Below, piece by piece: positions 22,888 to 32,337 of a stretch of DNA of 45,641 nt. The DNA is taken from positions 1-45,641 of the forward strand of contig JBKJLC010000160.1 in NCBI GenBank assembly GCA_046597055.1, written 5' to 3'. This stretch comes from Kofleriaceae bacterium. GTDB taxonomy: Bacteria > Myxococcota_A > Polyangia > Haliangiales > Haliangiaceae. The notes beneath the pieces were generated by a model, which saw nothing but the letters and a program-made list of their open reading frames with translations, was not told the origin of the DNA and made no database searches. The stretch's first letter is position 1. Each line of letters opens with the position of its first letter. A program made the translations under genes and the position numbers.

Positions 22888-24273
22888 GTGATCATGTCCA
22901 GAGTCTGTCTGTTCGCGCTCGCCGGCGTGGCGCTCGTCGCCCGCCCCGTCCCGGTCGCCGCCGCGCCTGCCGCGATGGCGATCGAGCACTACCGCCTCGA
23001 TAACGGGCTCGAGGTCATCCTCCAGCCGGACCCGACCATCACCTCGGCGGTGGTCCACGTCTGGTACCACGTCGGCAGCAAGGACGAGGTCATCGGCAAG
23101 TCTGGCTTCGCCCACCTGTTCGAGCACCTGATGTTCGAGGGGTCCAAGCACGTCGGCGAGGGTCAGTTCGACCAGCAGCTCGAGGCCGCCGGCGGCTGGA
23201 ACAACGGCACCACCAGCAACGACCGCACCACCTACTTCGAGCAGGTCCCGGTCGCCAGCCTGCCGCTGGCGCTGTGGCTCGAGGCCGATCGCATGGCCGG
23301 GCTGTGGGACGCCATGAACGACGGCGTGCTGCGCAACCAGCGCGACGTGGTCAAGAACGAGCGCCGGCAGGAGATCGAGAACCGCCCGTACGGCGTGGCC
23401 GAGCTGATCCTCCAGCAGGCGCTGTGGCCGCGCGGCCACGGCAACTGGAACCTCACCATCGGCACCATGGAGGATCTCGACGCGGCCAGCCTGGCCGACG
23501 TCGAAGCGTTCTGGCGCACGTACTACCGGCCGTCGAACGCGACCCTGGTCGTGGTCGGTGGCTTCGACGTCGCGCGCACCAAGGCGCTGATCCAGACCCT
23601 GTTCGCGTGGATGCCAAGCCAGCCGGTGCCCAAGCGACGCACGCTCGACGCGCCGGTCGAGCCGCTGGCCAAGGCGGCCTCGCTCGAGACGACCGACAAG
23701 GTCCAGGTCCCCAAGGTCTACCTCGCGATGCGCGCGCCCGAGGCGTACGGCAAGGGTGCCGCCGAGCTCCTGGTCGCCGCCCAGATCCTCGGCGGCGGCA
23801 AGACCAGCCGGCTGCACCGGCGGCTGGTGTTCAAGGACCGGGTCGCCACCGATGCCTACGCCAGCTTCAATCCGATGTTCCTCGGCAGCGAGCTCACGCT
23901 CGAGGCCACCGCCCGCCCCGGCGTGACCGCCGCCACCGTGCGCGCCGCGCTCGAGGACGAGGTCCGCCAGCTGGCCGCGAAGCCGCCGACCGCGTCGGAG
24001 CTCGAGCGTGCGCGCCGCGTGCTCGAGGTCGAGCTGCTCTCGGGCCTGGAGAATCCGGCCAGCCGCGCCGGCACCCTGGCGCAGTGGGCCGCGTACACCG
24101 GCGACCCCGATCATCTCGCCGAGAGTCGCGAGGCCCTGGCGCGGGTGACGCCGGCGACCTTCGCCGCCGCGGTCGCGGCCTGGGTGCGCCTCGACGCCGC
24201 GGTGACCCTGGTGGTCAAGCCGGAGGTCGCGGCCCCGCTCCCCGCGGCTCCGGCCCCGGGAGGTGCCAAGTGA
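22888..24273 (+). CDS. M16 family zinc metallopeptidase (pitrilysin-like), catalytic subunit
   Basis: LDNGLEV, WYHVGSKDE, inverted zinc motif HLFEH, NGTTSNDRTTYFE, signal peptide and GAGGAG SD. Confidence 0.93.
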   Translation: MIMSRVCLFALAGVALVARPVPVAAAPAAMAIEHYRLDNGLEVILQPDPTITSAVVHVWYHVGSKDEVIGKSGFAHLFEHLMFEGSKHVGEGQFDQQLEAAGGWNNGTTSNDRTTYFEQVPVASLPLALWLEADRMAGLWDAMNDGVLRNQRDVVKNERRQEIENRPYGVAELILQQALWPRGHGNWNLTIGTMEDLDAASLADVEAFWRTYYRPSNATLVVVGGFDVARTKALIQTLFAWMPSQPVPKRRTLDAPVEPLAKAASLETTDKVQVPKVYLAMRAPEAYGKGAAELLVAAQILGGGKTSRLHRRLVFKDRVATDAYASFNPMFLGSELTLEATARPGVTAATVRAALEDEVRQLAAKPPTASELERARRVLEVELLSGLENPASRAGTLAQWAAYTGDPDHLAESREALARVTPATFAAAVAAWVRLDAAVTLVVKPEVAAPLPAAPAPGGAK

Positions 24274-25805
24274 ACCGCGCTGCGCTCGTCACCGTCACGA
24301 TCGGCGCCCTGCTCGCGAGCTGCTGCCCGGTCGCGCCGGGCGGCGCGGTGTCGACCTTGCCCGACCCGACCCCGGTCGGCCCTGACCCTGACCCGACACC
24401 CCCGCCGGATCCGGTCGCGCCGGCCGTCACGGTCGACTGGGCCGCCGCGGGCATCGACTGGTCGAAGCCGCCGGCCGGCTGGGAGGACACGGCCTTTGCG
24501 CCGCCGACCCCGGTCCGGTTCGTGCTGCCGAGCGGCCTCACCGTCTACCTGATCGAGAACCATCGCCTGCCGCTGGTCAGCGTGCGCATGCTGCACGGCG
24601 CCGCCGGCAGCCGCCACGACGGCGCCCGCGCCGGCCTGGCCGCGCTCACCGCCGACCTGCTCGACGAGGGCGCCGGCACCCGGTCGGCGACCGAGCTGCC
24701 TGAGGAGCTCGAGCGGCTGGGCGCCAGCCTGGCGATCTCGGCCGGGACCGACGGCACGGTGCTCGCGCTCGACAGCCTGGCCGAGACGCTCGACCCCGCG
24801 CTGGCGCTGGTCGCCGACGTCGTCTTGCGGCCCCGGTTCTCGGCCGCCGACTTCGCCCGGGTCAAGGCCGAGCGGATCGCCGATCTCGAGCTGCGGGTCG
24901 ACAGCCCGCGGGCAATCGCCGCGCTGGTGTTCGAGCGGGTCGTGTTCGGTCCCCATTCCTACGCCAACCCGGGCAGCGGCTGGGTCGACACCGTCAAGGC
25001 CCTGACCCTCGCCGACGTGAAGTCGTTCTGGAAGGGCGGCTTCGGCCCCGGTGCGACCACGATCATCGTGACCGGCGACGTGACCCGCGCCGCCCTCGAG
25101 CCCACGCTGGCCAAGCTGTTCGGGGGCTGGAAGCGCAAGCTCACGCCGCCCCCGCGCCCGCAGCCGCCCGCGGCCAGCAAGCCCGTGCTTGCGGTGGTCG
25201 ACATGCCGGGCCGACCGCAGACGGTCGTCACCATCGGTCGCCTCGGGCCCGACGTCGGCGATCCAGCCCGGGCCGCGCACGACGTCGGCAACGCCGCCCT
25301 CGGCGGGAGCTTCGCGTCCCGCCTCAACACCCGGCTGCGCGAGGAGCTCGGCTACACCTACGGCATCTTCTCGACGTTCTACCGCGGCCAGTGGGCCGGC
25401 GCCTGGAGCACGTCGTCGTCGATCCGCACCGACGTCACCGGCGCGGCGATCCGCGAGGCCCTCGCGATCATCAGGGCGACCGCGGCCGCGCCGCTGCCGG
25501 CCGACGAGCTCACCAAGACCAAGGCGCTGCTGACCCGCAGCCTGCCCCAGGAGTTCGAGACCAACGCCTCGATCGCCGCCGCGTTCGCGACCGTGATCCT
25601 CGAGCAGCGCCCCCTGATCTACTGGCGCGAACGCATCGCGGCGCTCGACGCGGTCACCGGGCCCGCGGCCCAGGCCGCGGCCGCCCGGCTGTGGACCGAT
25701 CTGTCGATCGTCGTGGTCGGCGACTGGTCCGCGATCGGCAAGGACCTCGAGGCGCTCGGCCTGCCGATCGTCCGCTACGACGTCCAGGGCCGCCCGCTGC
25801 GCTGA
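24270..25805 (+). CDS. M16 family peptidase, non-catalytic partner subunit (lipoprotein)
   Basis: GTG overlaps the upstream TGA. Has LPSGLTVYL and SRLNTRLREELGYTYG, lacks HxxEH, and has lipobox LASC. Confidence 0.88.
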   Translation: MNRAALVTVTIGALLASCCPVAPGGAVSTLPDPTPVGPDPDPTPPPDPVAPAVTVDWAAAGIDWSKPPAGWEDTAFAPPTPVRFVLPSGLTVYLIENHRLPLVSVRMLHGAAGSRHDGARAGLAALTADLLDEGAGTRSATELPEELERLGASLAISAGTDGTVLALDSLAETLDPALALVADVVLRPRFSAADFARVKAERIADLELRVDSPRAIAALVFERVVFGPHSYANPGSGWVDTVKALTLADVKSFWKGGFGPGATTIIVTGDVTRAALEPTLAKLFGGWKRKLTPPPRPQPPAASKPVLAVVDMPGRPQTVVTIGRLGPDVGDPARAAHDVGNAALGGSFASRLNTRLREELGYTYGIFSTFYRGQWAGAWSTSSSIRTDVTGAAIREALAIIRATAAAPLPADELTKTKALLTRSLPQEFETNASIAAAFATVILEQRPLIYWRERIAALDAVTGPAAQAAAARLWTDLSIVVVGDWSAIGKDLEALGLPIVRYDVQGRPLR

Positions 25806-25894
25806 TCGGAGCGCACGACCGGGTGAGCACCCCGGGCCCGGCAGCCGACATCTGATAATATTCGTGAGATGGTCGGCTGAGGGCCGGCCCAGTC

Positions 25895-27811
25895 ATGCCG
25901 ACGCTTCCGATACTCGACTACGAGGAGATGTACCGCGTGCTCGCCGAGAGCGCGACGGACGCGATCATCACGATCGACGAGCACAGCATCATCTGCTCGG
26001 TCAATCCGGCCGCCGAGCGGCTGTTCGGGTACACGGCAGCGGAGCTGCTGGGCGCCCCGATCGCCAGCGTGATCCCCGAGCGGCTGCGCGCCAGTCACTA
26101 CGGTGGCGTCGCCCGGTTTCTCACGACCAACACCCGTCACTTCCTGTGGACCGGCGTTCGAATGCCGGTCTGCACCCGTGACGGCACCGAGCGGACCGTC
26201 GAGATCTCATTCGGCGAGTTCACCTCGGGTGGCCGCCCCATGTTCTCGGGATTCCTCCGGGACGTCACCGATCGCCTCGCGGTCGAGAACGCCCTGCGCG
26301 ACAGCGAGTACCGTCTCCAGCACGTGCTGCTCGCCACCAACGACGTCGTCTACGACTGCGATCTGGCGAGCGGGACCATCTACTTCAGCAACGCGTTGCG
26401 GACCGCGCTCGGGCACCTGGGGTCGCAGGCCCACTGGCCCGTGGCGTGGCGGGACGAGCGAATCCACCCCGAGGACCGAGCCGGCCTCGCCGCGGCTCGC
26501 GACGGCGCGATCGCAGCACGACGCGACGTCTGGTCGGAAGAATACCGATTCGAGCGCGCCGACGGCGCCTACGCGCGCGTGCTCGATCGTGGCGGGGTCG
26601 TCCGCGACGCTGACGGGCGGCCGGCGCGACTCATCGGGTGCCTGACCGACGTCACCGAGCGGCGGATGCTCGAGCATCAGCTGCGCGAATCGCAGAAGAT
26701 GGAGGCGATCGGGCGGCTCGCCGGCGGCGTGGCGCACGACTTCAACAACTTGCTCACCGCGATCCTCGGCTATGCCGAGCTGGCGCGCCGCGACGCCAGC
26801 CTGGCCCCCGGCGTTTGCGCCGACCTCGACGAGATCTCGAAGGCCGCGACGCGGGCGGCCCGGCTGACCCAGCAGCTGCTCACGTTCGCGCGGCGCGATC
26901 CTCGGCAGCGCTGCGTCCGCCTCGACGTCAACACCGTGCTCGGTGACTCCGAGCCGCTGCTGCGACAGCTGCTGCGCGAGCACACGCAGCTGCTGATCCA
27001 GCGCGCGCCCACACCCGCGATCGTCGAGATCGATCCGTCGCAGCTCGAGCAGGTCTTGCTGAACCTGGTGGTCAACGCGCGCGACGCCATGCCGGGTGGG
27101 GGCACCGTCTGCATCGAAGCCACCACCACGACCCGCGCCCAGGACGCGAGCACGCCGGTGCGCGACTACGTCGTCCTCACCATCTCGGACACCGGCAGCG
27201 GGATCGCAGCGGCGGACGTCTCGCGCATCTTCGAGCCGTTCTTCACGACCAAGGGCGAGGCCGGGACCGGACTGGGGCTCTCGATCGTCTACGGCGTGCT
27301 GCAGCGGCACGATGGATTCATCGAGGTCGACAGCGCGGCCGGCGTCGGCACGCGCTTCCTGGTCCACCTGCCGCGCCAGGCCGGCGACGCGACGCCGGCC
27401 GACCTCCCCGCGCAGCTGCCGACGGCACGGGCGGCGGCGTCCGTACTCCTGGTGGAGGACGAGGCCGTGGTGCGCCAGTTGATTCGTCGCCTGCTCGTCA
27501 GCGCCGGGCATCGGGTGTTCGACGCCCGGCACGGGGCGGACGGCCTGCTGGTATGGAGGGCGCACGCCGCCGAGATCGACGTGGTCGTCACCGACCTCGT
27601 GATGCCGGAGATGGGCGGCCGCGCGCTGGTCGAGCACCTGCGACGCGACCGCCCGAACCTGCCCGTGATCTACGTGTCGGGTTACAGCCACGACGATGTC
27701 GCGAACCGGGGTCTCGACGATCCGGGGGCCACACTCCTGCCCAAGCCGTTCGCACCGGAAGCCCTCCTCGACGCGATCCATGACGCCGTCTCACGCGCCG
27801 GCGGCGGCTAG
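25895..27811 (+). CDS. Hybrid sensor histidine kinase (2 PAS, HisKA, HATPase, receiver)
   Basis: H-box GGVAHDFNNLL, N-box NLVVNARDAM, DTGSG, FFTTK...GTGLGL, and receiver LLVEDE...TDLVMP...KPF. Confidence 0.95.
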   Translation: MPTLPILDYEEMYRVLAESATDAIITIDEHSIICSVNPAAERLFGYTAAELLGAPIASVIPERLRASHYGGVARFLTTNTRHFLWTGVRMPVCTRDGTERTVEISFGEFTSGGRPMFSGFLRDVTDRLAVENALRDSEYRLQHVLLATNDVVYDCDLASGTIYFSNALRTALGHLGSQAHWPVAWRDERIHPEDRAGLAAARDGAIAARRDVWSEEYRFERADGAYARVLDRGGVVRDADGRPARLIGCLTDVTERRMLEHQLRESQKMEAIGRLAGGVAHDFNNLLTAILGYAELARRDASLAPGVCADLDEISKAATRAARLTQQLLTFARRDPRQRCVRLDVNTVLGDSEPLLRQLLREHTQLLIQRAPTPAIVEIDPSQLEQVLLNLVVNARDAMPGGGTVCIEATTTTRAQDASTPVRDYVVLTISDTGSGIAAADVSRIFEPFFTTKGEAGTGLGLSIVYGVLQRHDGFIEVDSAAGVGTRFLVHLPRQAGDATPADLPAQLPTARAAASVLLVEDEAVVRQLIRRLLVSAGHRVFDARHGADGLLVWRAHAAEIDVVVTDLVMPEMGGRALVEHLRRDRPNLPVIYVSGYSHDDVANRGLDDPGATLLPKPFAPEALLDAIHDAVSRAGGG

Positions 27812-27897
27812 GTTCGAAGCCCGGCAGGTGGCGCGATCGGTGACGCGATCACGCCGCGGCCGCGCTCGGCATGGGCCCGTGCTACCCCTGCCCTTCG

Positions 27898-29292
27898 ATG
27901 TCGGCTCGTGCGTCTGGTGAGCTTGCGGCCCAGCTCCGGCTGGCGCTGCCGCTCGGGGCGCAGCAGGCCGGCATGGTGCTCATGGGCCTGGTCGATACGG
28001 CGATCCTGGGCCACTACCACCCGGACGCCTTGGCCGGCGCCGGGATCGGGAACAGCCTCACCTTCGCGGTGTCGTGCGTCGGGCTCGGCGTCCTGCTCGG
28101 GCTCGACCCGCTGCTCGCGCAGGCCATCGGCGCCGGCGAGGCCGGGCGGACCCCGCGGCTCCTGCGCGACGGGCTCGCCGTCGCCTACCGGCTGGGCGCG
28201 ATCCTCACGCTGATCGTGGTCGCGATGCCGTACGTGCTCGGCGTGGCCGGGGTCGACGCGGCGGTCGCCGAGGAAGCGCGGGTCTACACGTACGCGCGCG
28301 CGATCGGGGTCACCCCGTTCCTGCTGCAGGTCACGCTGCGCGGCTTCCTGCAGGCTCACGCGCGGACCGCCCCGCTGATCGTCGCGGTGGTGGTCGGCAA
28401 CCTCGTCAACGCGCTGTGCGACTGGATCCTCGTGTTCGGCGACGCCGGGCTGGTCGACCTGGGGCTGCCCCCGATCGGCCTGCCGGCGCTCGGCGCGATC
28501 GGCGCCGCGATCGCGACCAGCGCGGTCACGATCGTCACCGTCCTCTACTACGCGGCCGCGGTGCGCCAGCTGACCGCCACGCTGCCGGCTGAGCCCCCGC
28601 CGGCTCGCCCGCCGGGCTCGTCGGCGCTGGCGATCCTCCGGGTCGGCCTCCCGATCGGGCTCCAGCTGGGCGCCGAGGTCGGCGCGTTCGCGCTGGCCGC
28701 GGTGCTCGCCGGCCGCCTGGGCCCGACCCCGGCCGCGGCCCACCAGGTCGCGATCCAGCTGGCCAGCCTCTCGTTCGCGATCGCGCTCGGGATCGGCGCC
28801 ACCGCCGCGATCCGGGTCGGGCTCGCGATCGGCGCCGGCGATCACCAGGCGGCCCGCCACGCCGGCCTGGTCAGCCTCGGCCTCGGCCTGGTGGTGATGA
28901 CCACGTCGGCGGCGATCTTCGTGGTCGCGGCCGGCCCGCTCGCCGGCCTGTTCACCGACCGGCTCGAGGTGATCGCCGCGGCGATCCCGCTGGTGCAGAT
29001 CGCCGCGGTGTTCCAGCTCTCCGACGGCGCCCAGGCGATCGGCGCGGGCGCGCTGCGTGGCGCCGGCGACACCCGCGCCTCGTTCATCGCCAACCTGGTC
29101 GGCCACTACGCGGTCGGCGTGCCGATCGCGCTCGGGCTCGGGTTCGCCGCCGGGATGGGCGCCCCCGGGCTGTGGTGGGGGCTGACCGCCGGGCTCACCG
29201 GCACCGCGGTGGTCCTGGTCGGGCGGTTCCTGTGGCTGACCGCACGGCCGATCGCGCGGGTCGAATCCGAGGCACGCGCGACCGAGCTCTGA
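27898..29292 (+). CDS. MATE family efflux transporter (NorM-like)
   Basis: About 12 TMs with VDTAILGH, LGAIGAAIAT, AAHQVA and FQLSDGAQ...GALRGAGDT motifs. Confidence 0.93.
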   Translation: MSARASGELAAQLRLALPLGAQQAGMVLMGLVDTAILGHYHPDALAGAGIGNSLTFAVSCVGLGVLLGLDPLLAQAIGAGEAGRTPRLLRDGLAVAYRLGAILTLIVVAMPYVLGVAGVDAAVAEEARVYTYARAIGVTPFLLQVTLRGFLQAHARTAPLIVAVVVGNLVNALCDWILVFGDAGLVDLGLPPIGLPALGAIGAAIATSAVTIVTVLYYAAAVRQLTATLPAEPPPARPPGSSALAILRVGLPIGLQLGAEVGAFALAAVLAGRLGPTPAAAHQVAIQLASLSFAIALGIGATAAIRVGLAIGAGDHQAARHAGLVSLGLGLVVMTTSAAIFVVAAGPLAGLFTDRLEVIAAAIPLVQIAAVFQLSDGAQAIGAGALRGAGDTRASFIANLVGHYAVGVPIALGLGFAAGMGAPGLWWGLTAGLTGTAVVLVGRFLWLTARPIARVESEARATEL

Positions 29293-29304
29293 TACCACCG
29301 CGGC

Positions 29305-30981
29305 ATGGCTCGCCTCGCGGCCGTCGCCGCCGTGCTCACCGTGGTCGCCTGCGGCGACGACGCCACCCCCATCGTGCCGCCCGACGCCGCGCCGACCGGC
29401 ATGGCCGCGGTCGCGGTCGCTCACTACGACTACACGCTCGACCTCGAGACCCGCGCGGCCGAGGCGCGGCTGACGGTCCGCCTGCTCGCCCCCGGCAACT
29501 GCATCGCGCTGCCATCACGCGCGCCGATGCTCGACCTCGGATCGGTCACGCTCGGCGGCGCGCCCGCGGTGGCGACCACCGATGGCGTCACGCTCACCAC
29601 GTGCGGCGCCGGGTGGCCGGCCGGCACCGAGCTGGTGCTGACCGCGCGCATGACCCAGCCGCTCGAGACCTGGGGCGGCTCGCAGGTCGGCTACTCGGTC
29701 CGCGCCGACGGCGTCGGCCAGCTCTTCTATCTGATCTCGTGGGTCGGCGGCTGCGATCGGTTCGGCCCGTGCGACCCGGCCCCCTCGGCGTTCGCGCGCT
29801 ACCGCTTCACGGTGCGTCACCGGAGCGGGGTCCAGGCGCTGTGCCCGGGCCGGATCACGGCGGGCGAGACCGTGACCGTGTGCGAGTTCGATCAGCCGGG
29901 TGGCCCGACCTACTCGACGTTCGGGATCGTCGCGAGCACGACCTGGCAGACCCGCGAGCTCGGGACCTGGGGCGGCGTGCGCGCCGTGCTCCACGACCGG
30001 CCCGCGTCGGGGATGGCGGCGCTGATCGACCCCGGGTACCACCAGGCCTTCCTCGCGTGGATGGTCGAGCGCTTCGGGCCCTATCCGTACGGCGACCAGC
30101 TGCGGATCGCGACCGGCTCGACCTACTGGTCCGGCTTCGAGCACCCCGGCAACATCGTCCTCGACACCGGCCTGGCCCGGCCCGGCGGCGGCAGCTCGTA
30201 CGCACGTCCGGTCGGCCACGTGCTCAACCACGAGATCGCGCATCAGTGGGCCGGCGACCAGACCACGCTCGCCAGCACCTACGACTTCGTGTGGAAGGAG
30301 GCGATGGCCGAGTACCTCGCGTTCGTCTACGAGGACGACACCGAGCCCGCGGTCGCGCTGGTGACGGCGCGGGCCTGGAAGAGCTTCGCCTACGGCGCGG
30401 CGTACTTCCCGGTGCCGGAGGAGGCGCCCGCCCTGCTCGACTACTACGGCGAGGTCTACGGACCCGGGCCCATGATCCTGTTCCGGCAACTCGAGGTGCT
30501 GACCTCGCGCGGCCAGGTGATCGACGCGATCAAGATGCTGCTCGGCCAGGAGCGCGCGGTGTCGGTCGACCAGGTCCAGGCCGCGCTCGAGACCACGACC
30601 GGGCTCGATCTCGATAACTACTTCGATACCTGGATCCGTGGTCGCGGCGCGCCCGCCTGGCCGACCTTCCGGGTGGCGATCGTCGGCGCCGGCCTGACCC
30701 AGCAGGTGCAGGTCACCGAGACCACCGCCGGGGGCGTCCACGGCTGCGACTTCGCGGTCGAGCTGCGCGGCGCGCCCGGCGAGTCGCACAAGGTGATGAT
30801 CCGGCGCGGCGTGAACGGCGTCGCGATCGCCACCGAGCTGGCGGGCGTCGCGTGGACGGTGACGTCGACAGTGCTCGATCCCGACGCCCAGTGTCTGGCG
30901 TACGCCGAGGCGGCGACGCTGGTCACGCCCCGCCATCCTCCGGGGTGGTCGCCGTGGCGCGCTTCATACCGTCCACAGTGA
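29305..30981 (+). CDS. M1 family aminopeptidase, lipoprotein
   Basis: Lipobox VVAC, GFEH (GAMEN-like) motif, HEIAHQW followed by downstream E (WKEAMAEY), and VYGPG. Confidence 0.85.
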   Translation: MARLAAVAAVLTVVACGDDATPIVPPDAAPTGMAAVAVAHYDYTLDLETRAAEARLTVRLLAPGNCIALPSRAPMLDLGSVTLGGAPAVATTDGVTLTTCGAGWPAGTELVLTARMTQPLETWGGSQVGYSVRADGVGQLFYLISWVGGCDRFGPCDPAPSAFARYRFTVRHRSGVQALCPGRITAGETVTVCEFDQPGGPTYSTFGIVASTTWQTRELGTWGGVRAVLHDRPASGMAALIDPGYHQAFLAWMVERFGPYPYGDQLRIATGSTYWSGFEHPGNIVLDTGLARPGGGSSYARPVGHVLNHEIAHQWAGDQTTLASTYDFVWKEAMAEYLAFVYEDDTEPAVALVTARAWKSFAYGAAYFPVPEEAPALLDYYGEVYGPGPMILFRQLEVLTSRGQVIDAIKMLLGQERAVSVDQVQAALETTTGLDLDNYFDTWIRGRGAPAWPTFRVAIVGAGLTQQVQVTETTAGGVHGCDFAVELRGAPGESHKVMIRRGVNGVAIATELAGVAWTVTSTVLDPDAQCLAYAEAATLVTPRHPPGWSPWRASYRPQ

Positions 30982-31175
30982 GCGAGAGTGCGCGAGCGCT
31001 CGACCCACCTGTAGGTGAGCGCGACAGACACGATCTCACTCCCGATCTTGCGTGCCGCCCGGCTGTTTCCGGATATGCGGCTGTGGTATCCGGCATTCGT
31101 GTAAGTGCCGCAGGGGATGCGGCGTTCCGTCGAGCCGGCTGTCCACTGCCGGACGCGTAACAAGGAGACTTGGCC

Positions 31176-32171
31176 ATGGTTACTCTGACTGCTCGTAGCT
31201 TTCTCGTCGTCGCTCTCTCGGCTGCTCTGACCACCCTCACCGGTTGCCCCAAGGGTGGCGGCATTCCCGGTCGCGGTGGCAGCGGCAGCAACATCGACCC
31301 CAACACCTGCGGCAACTACGCGGCGAGCGACGCCGGTCGCAAGCTCAAGGCGTTCCTCGAGGCGACGGTCAAGCTCGACGCCGAGGCGCAGGCAGTCGTC
31401 AATGTCGTCGGCGAGAGCTGCGCGATCATGGGCCGCGAGCTCCAGATGAGCGCGAACGAGCTCCAGGGCGAGCCCAAGGCGGTCTGTGACCGCGTGCTCG
31501 CCCGTCTGAACGACGACATGAAGGTCGCGTTCAAGGGCGAGGCGAGCCTCAAGATCGATTACAAGCCGGCCGTCTGCACCGTCGACATCCAGGCCGCGGC
31601 CAGCGCCGCCGCCTCGTGCGAGGCCAAGGCCGAGGCCGACGTGAAGGTGACCTGCGAGGGCACCTGCAACGGCACCTGCGAGGGCACCTGCAAGGGTGGC
31701 ACCGGCCAGGGTGGCGAGTGCAACGGGGAGTGCCAGGGCACCTGCAAGGGCCAGTGCGATGGCCACGCCGACGTCCAGGCGTCGGCCCAGTGCGAGGCGG
31801 CGGCCGAGGTCAACGCCTCGGTCGACGTCAAGTGCACCGAGCCCGAGCTGACCGTCGAGGCCGAGGCGTCCGCGATCGTCGACGCCGACAAGGCCAAGCG
31901 CGCCATCGCCGCGATCAAGAACGGCCTGCCGAAGATGCTGTCGGTCCGCGCCCGCATCAAGCCGCTCCAGTTCGCGGTCAAGACCTGGTCGCGCGCCGCG
32001 GGCGAGCTCGCCGGCGCTGGTCGCGATCTCGCCTCGTCCTTCAAGGACCAGGCGCTGTGCATCACCGGGCAGCTTGCCGCGGTGGGCCAGGCGGTCGGCC
32101 GCATCGAGGCCAACATCAGCGTCTCGGTCGAGGTCTCGGCCTCCGCCTCGGCGTCGGCCGGCGCGAACTGA
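31176..32171 (+). CDS. Cys-rich lipoprotein with CxGxC repeats
   Basis: AGGAG SD, lipobox LTGC and the repeat CEGTCNGTCEGTCKG...CNGECQGTCKGQCDG. Confidence 0.85.
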   Translation: MVTLTARSFLVVALSAALTTLTGCPKGGGIPGRGGSGSNIDPNTCGNYAASDAGRKLKAFLEATVKLDAEAQAVVNVVGESCAIMGRELQMSANELQGEPKAVCDRVLARLNDDMKVAFKGEASLKIDYKPAVCTVDIQAAASAAASCEAKAEADVKVTCEGTCNGTCEGTCKGGTGQGGECNGECQGTCKGQCDGHADVQASAQCEAAAEVNASVDVKCTEPELTVEAEASAIVDADKAKRAIAAIKNGLPKMLSVRARIKPLQFAVKTWSRAAGELAGAGRDLASSFKDQALCITGQLAAVGQAVGRIEANISVSVEVSASASASAGAN

Positions 32172-32212
32172 CCCGCACGAACGTCACCTCGGTGACGTTC
32201 TGAACGCTGGTT

Positions 32213-32245
32213 GACGGGCCGCCATGGGGCGGCCCGTCCTGCTTT
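32213..32245 (+). terminator. Putative intrinsic terminator
   Basis: 11-bp GC stem GACGGGCCGCC/GGCGGCCCGTC with a 4-nt loop followed by CTGCTTT, downstream of the 31176-32171 gene. A second perfect hairpin lies at 32179-32200. Confidence 0.6.
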
Positions 32246-32337
32246 CGGCGCGCCATTCTTGCGTTTGCAAGACGACCGCTGGCCCGTGGCCAGGAATTCG
32301 TGTATGTAGCGCCGGTTCCCTCCCGAGGCACGAGGCC

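Noticed and set aside
21526..24114. Long antisense ORF (862 aa) and similar ones (6405-8699, 13976-15739, 36023-38053)
   Set aside because: Antisense shadows of recognisable genes, expected in high-GC DNA, with no motifs.
23274..24269. N-terminal extension of the 843-aa ORF
   Set aside because: Shadow frame of the M16 catalytic gene. The real start is GTG 24270, with a signal peptide.
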